Assembly: GCA_044229975.1 (NCBI GenBank)
Contig: JBGARZ010000005.1
Coordinates: 128,001 to 192,000, forward strand
Length of the DNA stretch: 64,000 bases
Direction of reading: 5' to 3'
Source of the DNA: Polyangiales bacterium
Lineage (GTDB): Bacteria > Myxococcota_A > Polyangia > Polyangiales > Ga0077539
Each line of letters starts with the position of its first letter. Within the stretch, counting starts at the first letter, position 1. The notes below the pieces were generated by a model, which worked only from the letters and a program-made list of their open reading frames with translations, was not told where the DNA came from and made no database searches. The position numbers and the translations under genes were made by a program. Positions 1 to 8,013 of this stretch are shown here, in pieces.

Positions 1-75
1 CGCGAAGCGCGGGTTGCGGGTCAGCGCGATGAGCACCGTGATGAGCAGGATCGCGTAGCCAAGTCCCGTCTTCAT
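1..75 (-). CDS. 5' end of a membrane protein (partial), next gene of the EPS operon
   Basis: ATG at 73-75, 10 bp past the upstream stop; reads MKTGLGYAILLITVLIALTRNPRFA (hydrophobic) and runs off the window. Confidence 0.6.
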   Translation of the reverse strand, partial: MKTGLGYAILLITVLIALTRNPRFA

Positions 76-85
76 GGATGACGTC

Positions 86-1192
86 TCAGGTGTTGGAGAG
101 GGTTCCGTCTTCGAGGGATTTCACGGTCTCGTAGAGCTCGCGCGCCGTGACGTAGTGGAGCACCCACCGCCGCGTGTCCGACGTCGCGCGCTCCAGCGTG
201 GTGAGCAGCGTGTCGAAGGGCCCGCCCTCGCGCAGAAACCACTCGGGCGCGTCGCCGTTGCAGCCGTGGGCGTGCAGCTTCACGAAGCGGTGGTTGGGGG
301 CGCCGCGCATCGCGACGCCGTGCTCCAGCCAGCTCGCCACGCGCTGCTCGAAGGGCACCGGGTTCTCGGGCTCCAGCATCGCCGCCTCGACGCGCGGAAC
401 AAGCCCCATCGCGCGCGACTTCCAATGCAGCGCGAGCGGACCCGGGATGAGCATGAGCTCGCCCTCGCGCTCGGCCGTCCCGACGGTCACCTCGCGGCCC
501 GTGTCGTGGCCGCGCGAGTGCCCCGGTCGACTGCGCGCGTAGTAGATCTGGTTGACCACGCGCCCCTGCGCCGGCGACGGAACGCAGGGCATCGTCATGT
601 CGACGTAGCAGCCTGCTTCGCGCAGCGCGGTGATCTCGTCGTCGACCCCGCAAAACGTCCCGTCGGGCATCGAGTTGTCGAGCGCCCAGTTGCCGTGGAT
701 GAAGGCCCAGACCACCTGTCCCGTGACCGGATCTTTGCGCAGCAACCCGTGCTCTTCGTGGAGGAGCGTCGCGAACTCCGAGAGCGTTCGCTTGAGGTTG
801 TCGGCCGTGTCGTTGTCGTGGTGCAGGTGCAGCTCGACGTCGACGAGCTGCTTCGCGACCAGCTCGTTGATGGCGTGCATGTGCTCGGGCCGGTACTCCT
901 CCTGCGGGAAGAAGAGCGTGCGCTGGTTGGGCCGCCCGAAGCTGTCGCGATGGCGAGCGGCAAGCGCCGGGAAGCCGTCGACCCAGGCGCCGACGCGACG
1001 GCGTTCTTCCTCGACGGAGGGCTTGCGCCAGCGCGGCTCGAAGTGGTCGGCGACGCAGACGTAGAGGTGGACGGGGTGGCCCTCGACGGGCGCCTCGCGG
1101 CGCAGCGCCGAAGCGGCGAGGCCGGGGGCCCAGACGTGGGCGTTGCGACGGTCGACGCGCGAGAGGGCGCGGGAGATCCACGGGGCGTTCAT
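86..1192 (-). CDS. Hypothetical EPS-locus protein, possibly a metal-dependent polysaccharide deacetylase/hydrolase-like fold
   Basis: 368 aa; motifs ADHFEP, ELHLHH, FIHGNWALDNS, KLHAHG; 4-bp overlap with the upstream glycosyltransferase. Confidence 0.7.
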   Translation of the reverse strand: MNAPWISRALSRVDRRNAHVWAPGLAASALRREAPVEGHPVHLYVCVADHFEPRWRKPSVEEERRRVGAWVDGFPALAARHRDSFGRPNQRTLFFPQEEYRPEHMHAINELVAKQLVDVELHLHHDNDTADNLKRTLSEFATLLHEEHGLLRKDPVTGQVVWAFIHGNWALDNSMPDGTFCGVDDEITALREAGCYVDMTMPCVPSPAQGRVVNQIYYARSRPGHSRGHDTGREVTVGTAEREGELMLIPGPLALHWKSRAMGLVPRVEAAMLEPENPVPFEQRVASWLEHGVAMRGAPNHRFVKLHAHGCNGDAPEWFLREGGPFDTLLTTLERATSDTRRWVLHYVTARELYETVKSLEDGTLSNT

Positions 1193-2370
1193 GCGGGGTC
1201 CTGTGAGCGGTGGGAGGCGGCGAGGCAGCGGTCGAGGAAGGTGCGGGCGCGGTCGTCCCAGGTCTCGCCCGCGAGCAGGGCGGCGCGGGCGGCGCGGCGG
1301 TCGGACGGCCCGGCGAGGGCCTCGCTCACGGCGGCGATGGTGGCGTCGGCGGTGTCGGCGAGGCGCACTTCCGGCGCGTAGCGGGCGACCTCGGGGAGCG
1401 ACGTGGCGACGATGGGTTTGCCCGACGCGAGGTACTCACGAAGCTTGAGGGGATTGATGGAGCGGGTGAGCTCGCTGCGGACATACGGGAGCAGCGCGAC
1501 GTCGAAGCTGGCCATCGCCTCGGGCAGGCGCGCGTAGGGGACGGCGCCCACGAAGCGGACGTTGTCGCCGCGCAGTCGGGGGTCGGGCGCGGTGTCGGTG
1601 GGGCCGACGAAGACCACGTCCCAGTCGGGTCGCGCGCGGGCCACGGCCATCACCAGCTCCACGTCGAGGCGCGCGTCCACGAGGCCAAGGTACCCGAGCA
1701 CGGGCTTCCCGCGGCGCACACCGTGGAGCATCGGGGTGGACGGCTCACAGGCCGAGGCGAGGTGCTCAAGATCGACGCCGTGCGGGAGCAGCGTGGCCTC
1801 GCCGTGGCGGGGGCGGCGGGTGTCGAGGAGGTTCTGGCTGGTGGCGAGGACGGCGTCGCAGCGGTCGAGCAGCTCGCGTTCGAGCAGGGTGGCCGCGGCG
1901 CGGTCGACGCCGGGCCAGTTGGTGAAGTCGTCGACGCAGTAGTAGACGAGGCACCGGGAGCCCGCGATGCCGCGACCGTCGACGCCGTTGGGGACGGTGG
2001 TGACGACGATGGGAGCGCGCAGGCCGAGGCGCTCGGCGGCGCGGCCGACGGCGAAGCGAACGCTCTCGCGGTTGGCGAGGCGCAGCGGCGCGGGGCGCAT
2101 CCACGGGAGCATCGGCGGCGAGACGACGTGGAGGTCGAGGTCGCTGTTGGCGGGGGTCGTCGCAGCGGGCTCGCCACGGGGACCGAGCATCCCGCGGAGC
2201 TTGCGGACGACGCGTTCGGCGTCGCGGCGATCGAGGCGCGGGGGGCGGAGGCCGAGGGTGTTGACCCAGAGCGTCCGGTGGGTGCGCGCGACGCGGCGGA
2301 AGAGGTGCTGCACGCTGGAGGGGTGCGCGCCCCAGTCGTCGCCGAAGACGATGAACGACGGCTCCGTCAT
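1189..2370 (-). CDS. GT-B glycosyltransferase (GT4/TuaH-like)
   Basis: FGDDWGAHPSSVQHL, YYCVDDF, PHGVD, NPLKLREYLASGKPIV motifs. Confidence 0.9.
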   Translation of the reverse strand: MTEPSFIVFGDDWGAHPSSVQHLFRRVARTHRTLWVNTLGLRPPRLDRRDAERVVRKLRGMLGPRGEPAATTPANSDLDLHVVSPPMLPWMRPAPLRLANRESVRFAVGRAAERLGLRAPIVVTTVPNGVDGRGIAGSRCLVYYCVDDFTNWPGVDRAAATLLERELLDRCDAVLATSQNLLDTRRPRHGEATLLPHGVDLEHLASACEPSTPMLHGVRRGKPVLGYLGLVDARLDVELVMAVARARPDWDVVFVGPTDTAPDPRLRGDNVRFVGAVPYARLPEAMASFDVALLPYVRSELTRSINPLKLREYLASGKPIVATSLPEVARYAPEVRLADTADATIAAVSEALAGPSDRRAARAALLAGETWDDRARTFLDRCLAASHRSQDPA

Positions 2371-3254
2371 GCGACGGGCGAAGCGGCGACCGCGGAGGAC
2401 TCAACCACCGGGAGGAGCTTGAGCGACTGGAGCACCGTCCTCGCCGGGGCGAGCGGGTACGCGCGCATCAGCTCCGTGAGCCGCGGAACGATCTGGTCGA
2501 TGTTGTGATAGCTGCGCGCCTCGGCGAGTCGGCTCATGGGGAAGCGCGGCTGCTGCGCGTCGATCTCCCACGGGTGCAGGTACACCATGAAGGGCGTTTG
2601 CTCGGCGACGACGCGGTCGAGCGCCCAGCGGGTGTAGGCCATCGGGAGCAGTCGCAGGTAGCCGCCGCCACCGACGGGGAGGTTGCGTCCCATGAGCTGG
2701 ATGGTGCTGCTGGGAAACTCCACGAGCCCTTCGCCGGGGCCCGACGCGATGCGATGCGGCGCGCGCGGCGCCGTGGGGATGCCGTAGCGATCGTGGCGGA
2801 TGGGGAAGATGCTCGCGTCGTAGGTGAAGCCCTCGTCGCGCAGGATGTCGAGCGCCCAGCGGGTCTCCTCGACGACCGAAAACGTAGGCGCGCGGTAGCC
2901 ATCGACGCGCACGCCGCCGAGGTCTTCGAGCGTGGACTTCGCGGCGCGGATGTCGTCGCGAAACTCATCGCGAGACATCTGGGTGATCATGCGGTGGGCG
3001 TTGCCGTGGCAGGCGAGCTCGTGGCCTTCGGCGACGATGCGGCGGATGAGCGCGGGGTGCCGGCGCGCGACCCAGCCGAGCGTGAAGAAGGTCGAGCGGA
3101 CGTTTTCGCGGGCGAAGAGGTCGAGCAGCACGGAGGTCTGCCAGGCGACGCGGGACTCCAGGCGGTCCCACTCGTCGCGGTCGATGACGCGGGCGAGGGC
3201 CTCGACCTGGAAGTACTCCTCGACGTCGACGGTGAGCGCGTTGGGGGTGGTCAT
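2367..3254 (-). CDS. Polysaccharide deacetylase, XrtA/PEP-CTERM-system type (DUF3473)
   Basis: NALTVDVEEYFQV, GHELACHG, GYRAPTFS, GGGYLRL, YLHPWEID; start trimmed to MTTPNA. Confidence 0.9.
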   Translation of the reverse strand: MTTPNALTVDVEEYFQVEALARVIDRDEWDRLESRVAWQTSVLLDLFARENVRSTFFTLGWVARRHPALIRRIVAEGHELACHGNAHRMITQMSRDEFRDDIRAAKSTLEDLGGVRVDGYRAPTFSVVEETRWALDILRDEGFTYDASIFPIRHDRYGIPTAPRAPHRIASGPGEGLVEFPSSTIQLMGRNLPVGGGGYLRLLPMAYTRWALDRVVAEQTPFMVYLHPWEIDAQQPRFPMSRLAEARSYHNIDQIVPRLTELMRAYPLAPARTVLQSLKLLPVVESSAVAASPVA

Positions 3255-3291
3255 GGCGGCGGTGAGGTTAGCCCACCGCGCGGGCGCAGAG

Positions 3292-4356
3292 CTACGGGAT
3301 CCAGCGCACGATGCGCGGCCCGGCGAGTGTGGCAACGGGCACCGGGATGCGCTGCCACGCCGCGATGACCTTCGCGAACTTGGGGTTGTCGGGCTTGAGC
3401 TCGGGCAGCGCCTCTCCGTCTTTCAAGAGGTAGTGATAGGCGAGCGGGGTGGGGACGGCGCCCCAGTTCTTCTTGAAGGCGAAGGTGCCGGAGTCGAGCG
3501 ACGAGCGCCCGAAGGAGAAGGTCTTGTACCCGCGGCGAATCGCCTCGGAGAGGATGGTCCAGTAGAGGAGCATGTTGCCGCGCAGGCGCGTGAAGGCGTG
3601 CAGCGAGCCCGCGCAGGGGATCTCCAGCGTGTCGCCCATGCCCGCGAGAAAGCCGCCGCCGACGGGCCGACCCTGGTAGCGAACGACGGCGACCCAGCAG
3701 CGGTCGGGCATGCGTCGCAGCGCCTCGGCGAAGAGGTGCGCGCTGTGCCCGGGGCTGCCGAGGTCGCGCATCACCGACGAGTACGCAGCATGGTATTCGG
3801 GGATGAGCTCGACTCCGCCGATGTGCGCGGTGAGCCCCTCCTTCTCGGGGCGACGAACATCGGCGCGCACCTTCGGCCCGAGCGCCTTGAGCAGCGCGTC
3901 GGGGTCACCCGGGAGCGTGAGCTGCATCAGCACCTTGTCGCCGCGCGACGGGAGGTCGGCCGCGGCGGGGACGCTGTGGGCGTGGCGGAGCTCGACGCGA
4001 GCGGCACCCTCTTCGGGAAGCAGGGCGCGGGCGGCGTCGAAGAGCGCGCGGTAGGTCTCGTCGTCGTCGGCGATGGCGCCGCCGTGGCCGAAGTACGGGA
4101 GCGAGACGAGCTGCGTACCGAAGGGGATGGATGAGAGGCGGACGAGTGGGAGCACGCCAGAGACGCGGTTGCCGCGGACGGCAATGAGCGGGCACCAGCG
4201 GGTGCCGTAGACATCGCGGAAGAGCTCGCCCCACTCCCAGCGGTGATAGACGGAGGCGTGGGGGTGACGCTCGACGTAGCCGTTCCAGCGGGCGCGGTCG
4301 TCGAAGCGGGCGCCGCGCACGACGGGCGGGATGATGGGCGGGGTGGAGAGGTCCAT
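3292..4356 (-). CDS. FemAB-related GNAT protein, XrtA/PEP-CTERM EPS-associated
   Basis: LVSLPYFGHGG, MRDLGSP, NMLLYW, FSFGRSSLDSGTFAFKKNWGA, PDNPKF; start trimmed to MDLSTPP. Confidence 0.9.
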   Translation of the reverse strand: MDLSTPPIIPPVVRGARFDDRARWNGYVERHPHASVYHRWEWGELFRDVYGTRWCPLIAVRGNRVSGVLPLVRLSSIPFGTQLVSLPYFGHGGAIADDDETYRALFDAARALLPEEGAARVELRHAHSVPAAADLPSRGDKVLMQLTLPGDPDALLKALGPKVRADVRRPEKEGLTAHIGGVELIPEYHAAYSSVMRDLGSPGHSAHLFAEALRRMPDRCWVAVVRYQGRPVGGGFLAGMGDTLEIPCAGSLHAFTRLRGNMLLYWTILSEAIRRGYKTFSFGRSSLDSGTFAFKKNWGAVPTPLAYHYLLKDGEALPELKPDNPKFAKVIAAWQRIPVPVATLAGPRIVRWIP

Positions 4357-4420
4357 GACGGGGCGCGAGGATGCCGGGAGGGCGACGCGGAGGGCAACCG
4401 GGGAGCGAGGTGTCGGGCGG

Positions 4421-4610
4421 CGCGGAAGACAAAGCCGCAAGGGCGCAGGGGTCGCAAGCGAATGGCGGGCTCTGGGCTGTCGTGGGCTCGTACCACTCAC
4501 GCCGCGTCGGCACCTCGCTCGCCCACGGATCTCGCGATACCGAAAGCTCTTCGCCGTAGGGGCTCCGTCTTCCTTGCGACCCTTGCGCCCTTGCGGCTTC
4601 TCGTTCCGCG
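4421..4610. repeat. Imperfect ~38-bp inverted repeat (MITE/REP-like) enclosing ~115 bp
   Basis: 4421-4458 cgcggaagacaaagccgcaagggcgcaggggtcgcaag versus reverse complement of 4573-4610 cgcggaacgagaagccgcaagggcgcaagggtcgcaag. Confidence 0.8.
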
Positions 4611-4627
4611 GAGCGACGGCAGCGACC

Positions 4628-5431
4628 TCACGGCATCGGAGCGCAGCGCCCCATGGCGTCGCAGGTCATGCCCGTCGGGCACGCCGCGCCGCCGTCGGTG
4701 CACGCCCGGTAGCAGAAGTTGCGGCACGTCGCCCCGGCGCCGCACTCCTCCGTGCTCGCGCAAGCCCGCGTGCAGAGCAGCGCTCCCGATGCGAGCTGCG
4801 TGCACGAGTCGCCCGCCACCCCGCACATCGCTCCCGCCATCATGCACGGTCGAAACCGTTCGGCCGTCGATGTCCCGCTGTCCGTCGCGGTCGCGCCGCC
4901 GTCCGTGCCCGTGCCTGCATCCGAGCCCGGTGGACGCCGCGCCGTCATCGCCGTCGTGACCAGATCGTCGAAGGCCACTCGCGCCCAGAGCGCCTGCCCG
5001 CGCACCCCGTCGACCACGCCGCAGTTGCTCGAGGCGCCCACCGACGCGAGACCCCGTCGGCCGCCCACGTCCACGACGATCGCGTAGCCCATGGACGCGT
5101 CCACCGGACAGCCGCCCGCCGCGAACCCGCAGTTGGTCGCGCCGATCGCCGTCGCCGCGCACGACGACCGGCACGCCGCGCTGAAGATGTCCGCGGCGCA
5201 AGGCCCCCGCGGCCCGACGAACACCGTCGCCCCCGCGAAGCGCGCCGCGAGCCGCGTCACACAGCTCGCCAGCGTCTCCTCGGCGCCCCCGTCGCCGGTG
5301 CAGTTGACGTTGATGCGGTCGGGGAGCGCGCTCGTGTCACCCGCGTCGGGCGTCGGGGTCGGCATCGGGTCGTCCCCGCAGGCCGCCAGCAGGAGCACCG
5401 CCAACAATCCCTTCGATCCGCGCGTGGTCAT
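4628..5431 (-). CDS. Cys-rich lipoprotein
   Basis: Signal peptide and lipobox LLLAAC; two Cys-rich domains joined by a D-x-G linker. Confidence 0.8.
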   Translation of the reverse strand: MTTRGSKGLLAVLLLAACGDDPMPTPTPDAGDTSALPDRINVNCTGDGGAEETLASCVTRLAARFAGATVFVGPRGPCAADIFSAACRSSCAATAIGATNCGFAAGGCPVDASMGYAIVVDVGGRRGLASVGASSNCGVVDGVRGQALWARVAFDDLVTTAMTARRPPGSDAGTGTDGGATATDSGTSTAERFRPCMMAGAMCGVAGDSCTQLASGALLCTRACASTEECGAGATCRNFCYRACTDGGAACPTGMTCDAMGRCAPMP

Positions 5432-5570
5432 GGCGCGCGACGGTAACACCCGGTGCCTCGTCTTCGGTCGGACGAGTTCTCCATCGCTTGACAACACCCC
5501 CTCTCGCGGGAACCTTCGCCCGCGTTCGTCGCGACCCCCGCGGCGCACCAACCTCGACGAGGTCCCCACG

Positions 5571-6140
5571 ATGTTCGACCAGCTCCTCGGAATGTTCGGC
5601 CAGTCCCCGCAGGGTCAGCAGGCGTACTCCGCGCTCCAGGCGCAGGGCTACTCCCCCGCGCAGTCCGCCGGCATCCTGACCACGGCGTTTCCCGCGGCCG
5701 TGCAGGCCATGCAAAACGCCATGACCTCCCAGAACGGACAGCTCGGGCTCCTCGACATCAAGAACTCCAACTACGCGATGAACTTCCTCACCGGCGCCGT
5801 CAGCGGGCTCGTCCGCGGCCAGGGGATGAAGGGCGCCGCGATCGACGGTCTCCAAGGCGTCGTCGGCGGCCACGTCGCGCAGGTCATCGCCACCCGCTGC
5901 GGCCTCCCCGAGCGCGTCGCCGGCATGCTCGGCGCCATCGTCACCCCGCTCATGATCGACTTCCTCGCCGACAAGATCCAGGGGCTCAACCTCGGCGCCA
6001 ACGCCGGCGCGGGCGGCCTCGCGGGCGCCCTCGGCACCGCCGCCTCCGCCATCGGCCTCGGTGGCGCAGCCCCCGCCGCGCCGCAGATGCAGGCCCCCGC
6101 CGGGTTCGGCGCGCAGTTCACGCCCTTCGGCAGCCGCTAA
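5571..6140 (+). CDS. Gly/Ala-rich hypothetical protein (DUF937/YidB-like)
   Basis: GAGG RBS, strong GC3 codon bias; AQVIATRCGLPERVAGMLGAIVTPL segment resembles DUF937. Confidence 0.65.
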   Translation: MFDQLLGMFGQSPQGQQAYSALQAQGYSPAQSAGILTTAFPAAVQAMQNAMTSQNGQLGLLDIKNSNYAMNFLTGAVSGLVRGQGMKGAAIDGLQGVVGGHVAQVIATRCGLPERVAGMLGAIVTPLMIDFLADKIQGLNLGANAGAGGLAGALGTAASAIGLGGAAPAAPQMQAPAGFGAQFTPFGSR

Positions 6141-6952
6141 GCCTTCTTCTCCGCCCTCCACGCCACCATCGCCGCCGCGATCGACACCGCGATCTCCGCG
6201 GGCGATCGCGCGCCGATGGTCACCCCGAGCGGGATCTTCACCCGCGCCCGATCACTCTCGCTGAAGCCCCGCGCCTCCAACCGCGCCGCCGTGCGCGCCG
6301 CCTTCGCGCGGCTCCCCACCGCGCCCACGTACGCGTAGCCCTCGCGCAGCGCCCACGCGACCGCGTCCTGGTCGCGCTGGTGGTCGTGCGTCATCGCCAG
6401 CACCGCCCCCCGCCGCGGAACCCACGGCCCCAGCGCCCCCGGCTCGCCACACAGCACCCGCGCGCCTGAGAAGCGCCCGCCGTCCGCGTACGCCTCACGC
6501 GCATCCACCACCGTCACCGCGAAGCCCAACCCCACCAGCAACGGAACCGTCGCCCCCGCCACATGCCCCGCCCCGACGACCCCGATCGGGCAGGCGGCAG
6601 CCATCGCTTCGATGAGCACTTCGACGGTCCCGCCGCAGCACATCCCGAGGCTCTGCCCGAGCCGAAAGGTCTCCACCCGCACGCTCGCCGCACCGCGCGC
6701 CGCCTCGTTGAAAGCGCTCTCCAACGCCCGCAGCACCGCGGCCTCCAGGGCGCCGCCGCCCACTGTTCCGAAGCACCCGTCGGGCGTGCGCGCGAGCTTC
6801 TGCCCCGGCGTCGACGGTGTGCTCCCGTGGCGCGCGATGACCGTCGCCATCGCGGCGCCGAAGCCTCCCTCCACGGCCACCGCCACGCGCCGCATCACCT
6901 CGGGCGCGTCCATCGCCTCGGGCACCGCGAGGGCCTCGTCGACCGCCTCCAC
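6137..6952 (-). CDS. xdhC: XdhC/CoxI family xanthine dehydrogenase accessory protein
   Basis: GSTP, GTVGGGALE, LGMCCGG, GAGHV, MTHDH, VGSRAK, IGARSPAEIAVSI. Confidence 0.9.
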   Translation of the reverse strand: MEAVDEALAVPEAMDAPEVMRRVAVAVEGGFGAAMATVIARHGSTPSTPGQKLARTPDGCFGTVGGGALEAAVLRALESAFNEAARGAASVRVETFRLGQSLGMCCGGTVEVLIEAMAAACPIGVVGAGHVAGATVPLLVGLGFAVTVVDAREAYADGGRFSGARVLCGEPGALGPWVPRRGAVLAMTHDHQRDQDAVAWALREGYAYVGAVGSRAKAARTAARLEARGFSESDRARVKIPLGVTIGARSPAEIAVSIAAAMVAWRAEKKA

Positions 6953-6953
6953 G

Positions 6954-7967
6954 CTATCCGCCCGTCGCTCGCATCGAGACGTCCGCCGCCGTCACCTCGG
7001 TGCAGCCCTTCCACCGCGCGTCGGGCTTCATCGCCCACGCCGTCCGCAGTGCGTCCGCGACCGCGCGCTCATCGCCCGCCTTCGCGGCGTCGCTGAGCAC
7101 CGCCCCATCGGGTCGCGCGAGGCACGACCGCAGCACGCCTTCGCTCGTCGCCCGCAGCCGATCGCAGCCCGCGCAATAGGTGTCCGTCGACCCGCTGATG
7201 AAGCCCACGCGACCGCTGCCCACGCGCGCTCGCAGGTACTTCGCGGGGCCGCGGTCGTCGTCGCGTTGGCCTTCGCCCGCCGCGAGCAAGCCGTCGAGCC
7301 GCGCCACCATCTCGTCACGCGAGACGAGACGTTCGCGCCAGACGTTGGCCCCCTCGCCCACGCCCATCACCTCGATGAAGCGCGGCGTGATGCCCCTCTG
7401 CCACGCCCACCGAACCAGCGCCGGGAGCTCGTCGTCGTTGAGCCCGCGCAGCACCACGGTGTTGGTCTTCACCTCGTCGAAGCCCGCGGCGAGTGCTGCG
7501 CCGATGCCCGCCATCACCGCGCCCAGATCGCCACCGCGTGTGATCGTCGCGAAGCGCGTGGGGTCGAGCGAGTCGAGGGACACCGTCACCCGCCGCAGGC
7601 CCGCCGCCCGCAGCGGACCAGCGAGGGCCGCGAGCCGCGAGGCGTTGGTGGTGAGGGCGAGGTCGTCCATGCCGAGCGCCGCGATGCGACGGACGACATC
7701 CACCACGTCGCGTCGCAGCAGCGGTTCGCCCCCGGTGATGCGCACCCGACGAACGCCCTCCGCCCGCAGCCCCCGCAGCACGGCCTCCCACTCGGAGGCC
7801 GAGAGCCGCGCCTCGGCCGGGAGGTACGCCTCGCTCGCGGCGGGGCGGCAGTACACGCAGGCCATGTCGCAGCGATCGGTGAGCGACACCCGCACGAGCC
7901 GCGCCGAGGCCCGCTCCAGCGCCACCGCGCTGGTCGTCTCACGGAGCATCGGCAGGGACACCGTCAT
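6954..7967 (-). CDS. moaA: GTP 3',8-cyclase (molybdopterin biosynthesis)
   Basis: RVSLTDRCDMACVYC radical-SAM motif, TGGEPLLR, C-terminal CAGCDRLR...C, ends MRATGG. Confidence 0.93.
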   Translation of the reverse strand: MTVSLPMLRETTSAVALERASARLVRVSLTDRCDMACVYCRPAASEAYLPAEARLSASEWEAVLRGLRAEGVRRVRITGGEPLLRRDVVDVVRRIAALGMDDLALTTNASRLAALAGPLRAAGLRRVTVSLDSLDPTRFATITRGGDLGAVMAGIGAALAAGFDEVKTNTVVLRGLNDDELPALVRWAWQRGITPRFIEVMGVGEGANVWRERLVSRDEMVARLDGLLAAGEGQRDDDRGPAKYLRARVGSGRVGFISGSTDTYCAGCDRLRATSEGVLRSCLARPDGAVLSDAAKAGDERAVADALRTAWAMKPDARWKGCTEVTAADVSMRATGG

Positions 7968-8013
7968 GGCCGCGACGATCGTGGCCCGGTCGGCGCCGTT
8001 TGGAAAGCGCGAC

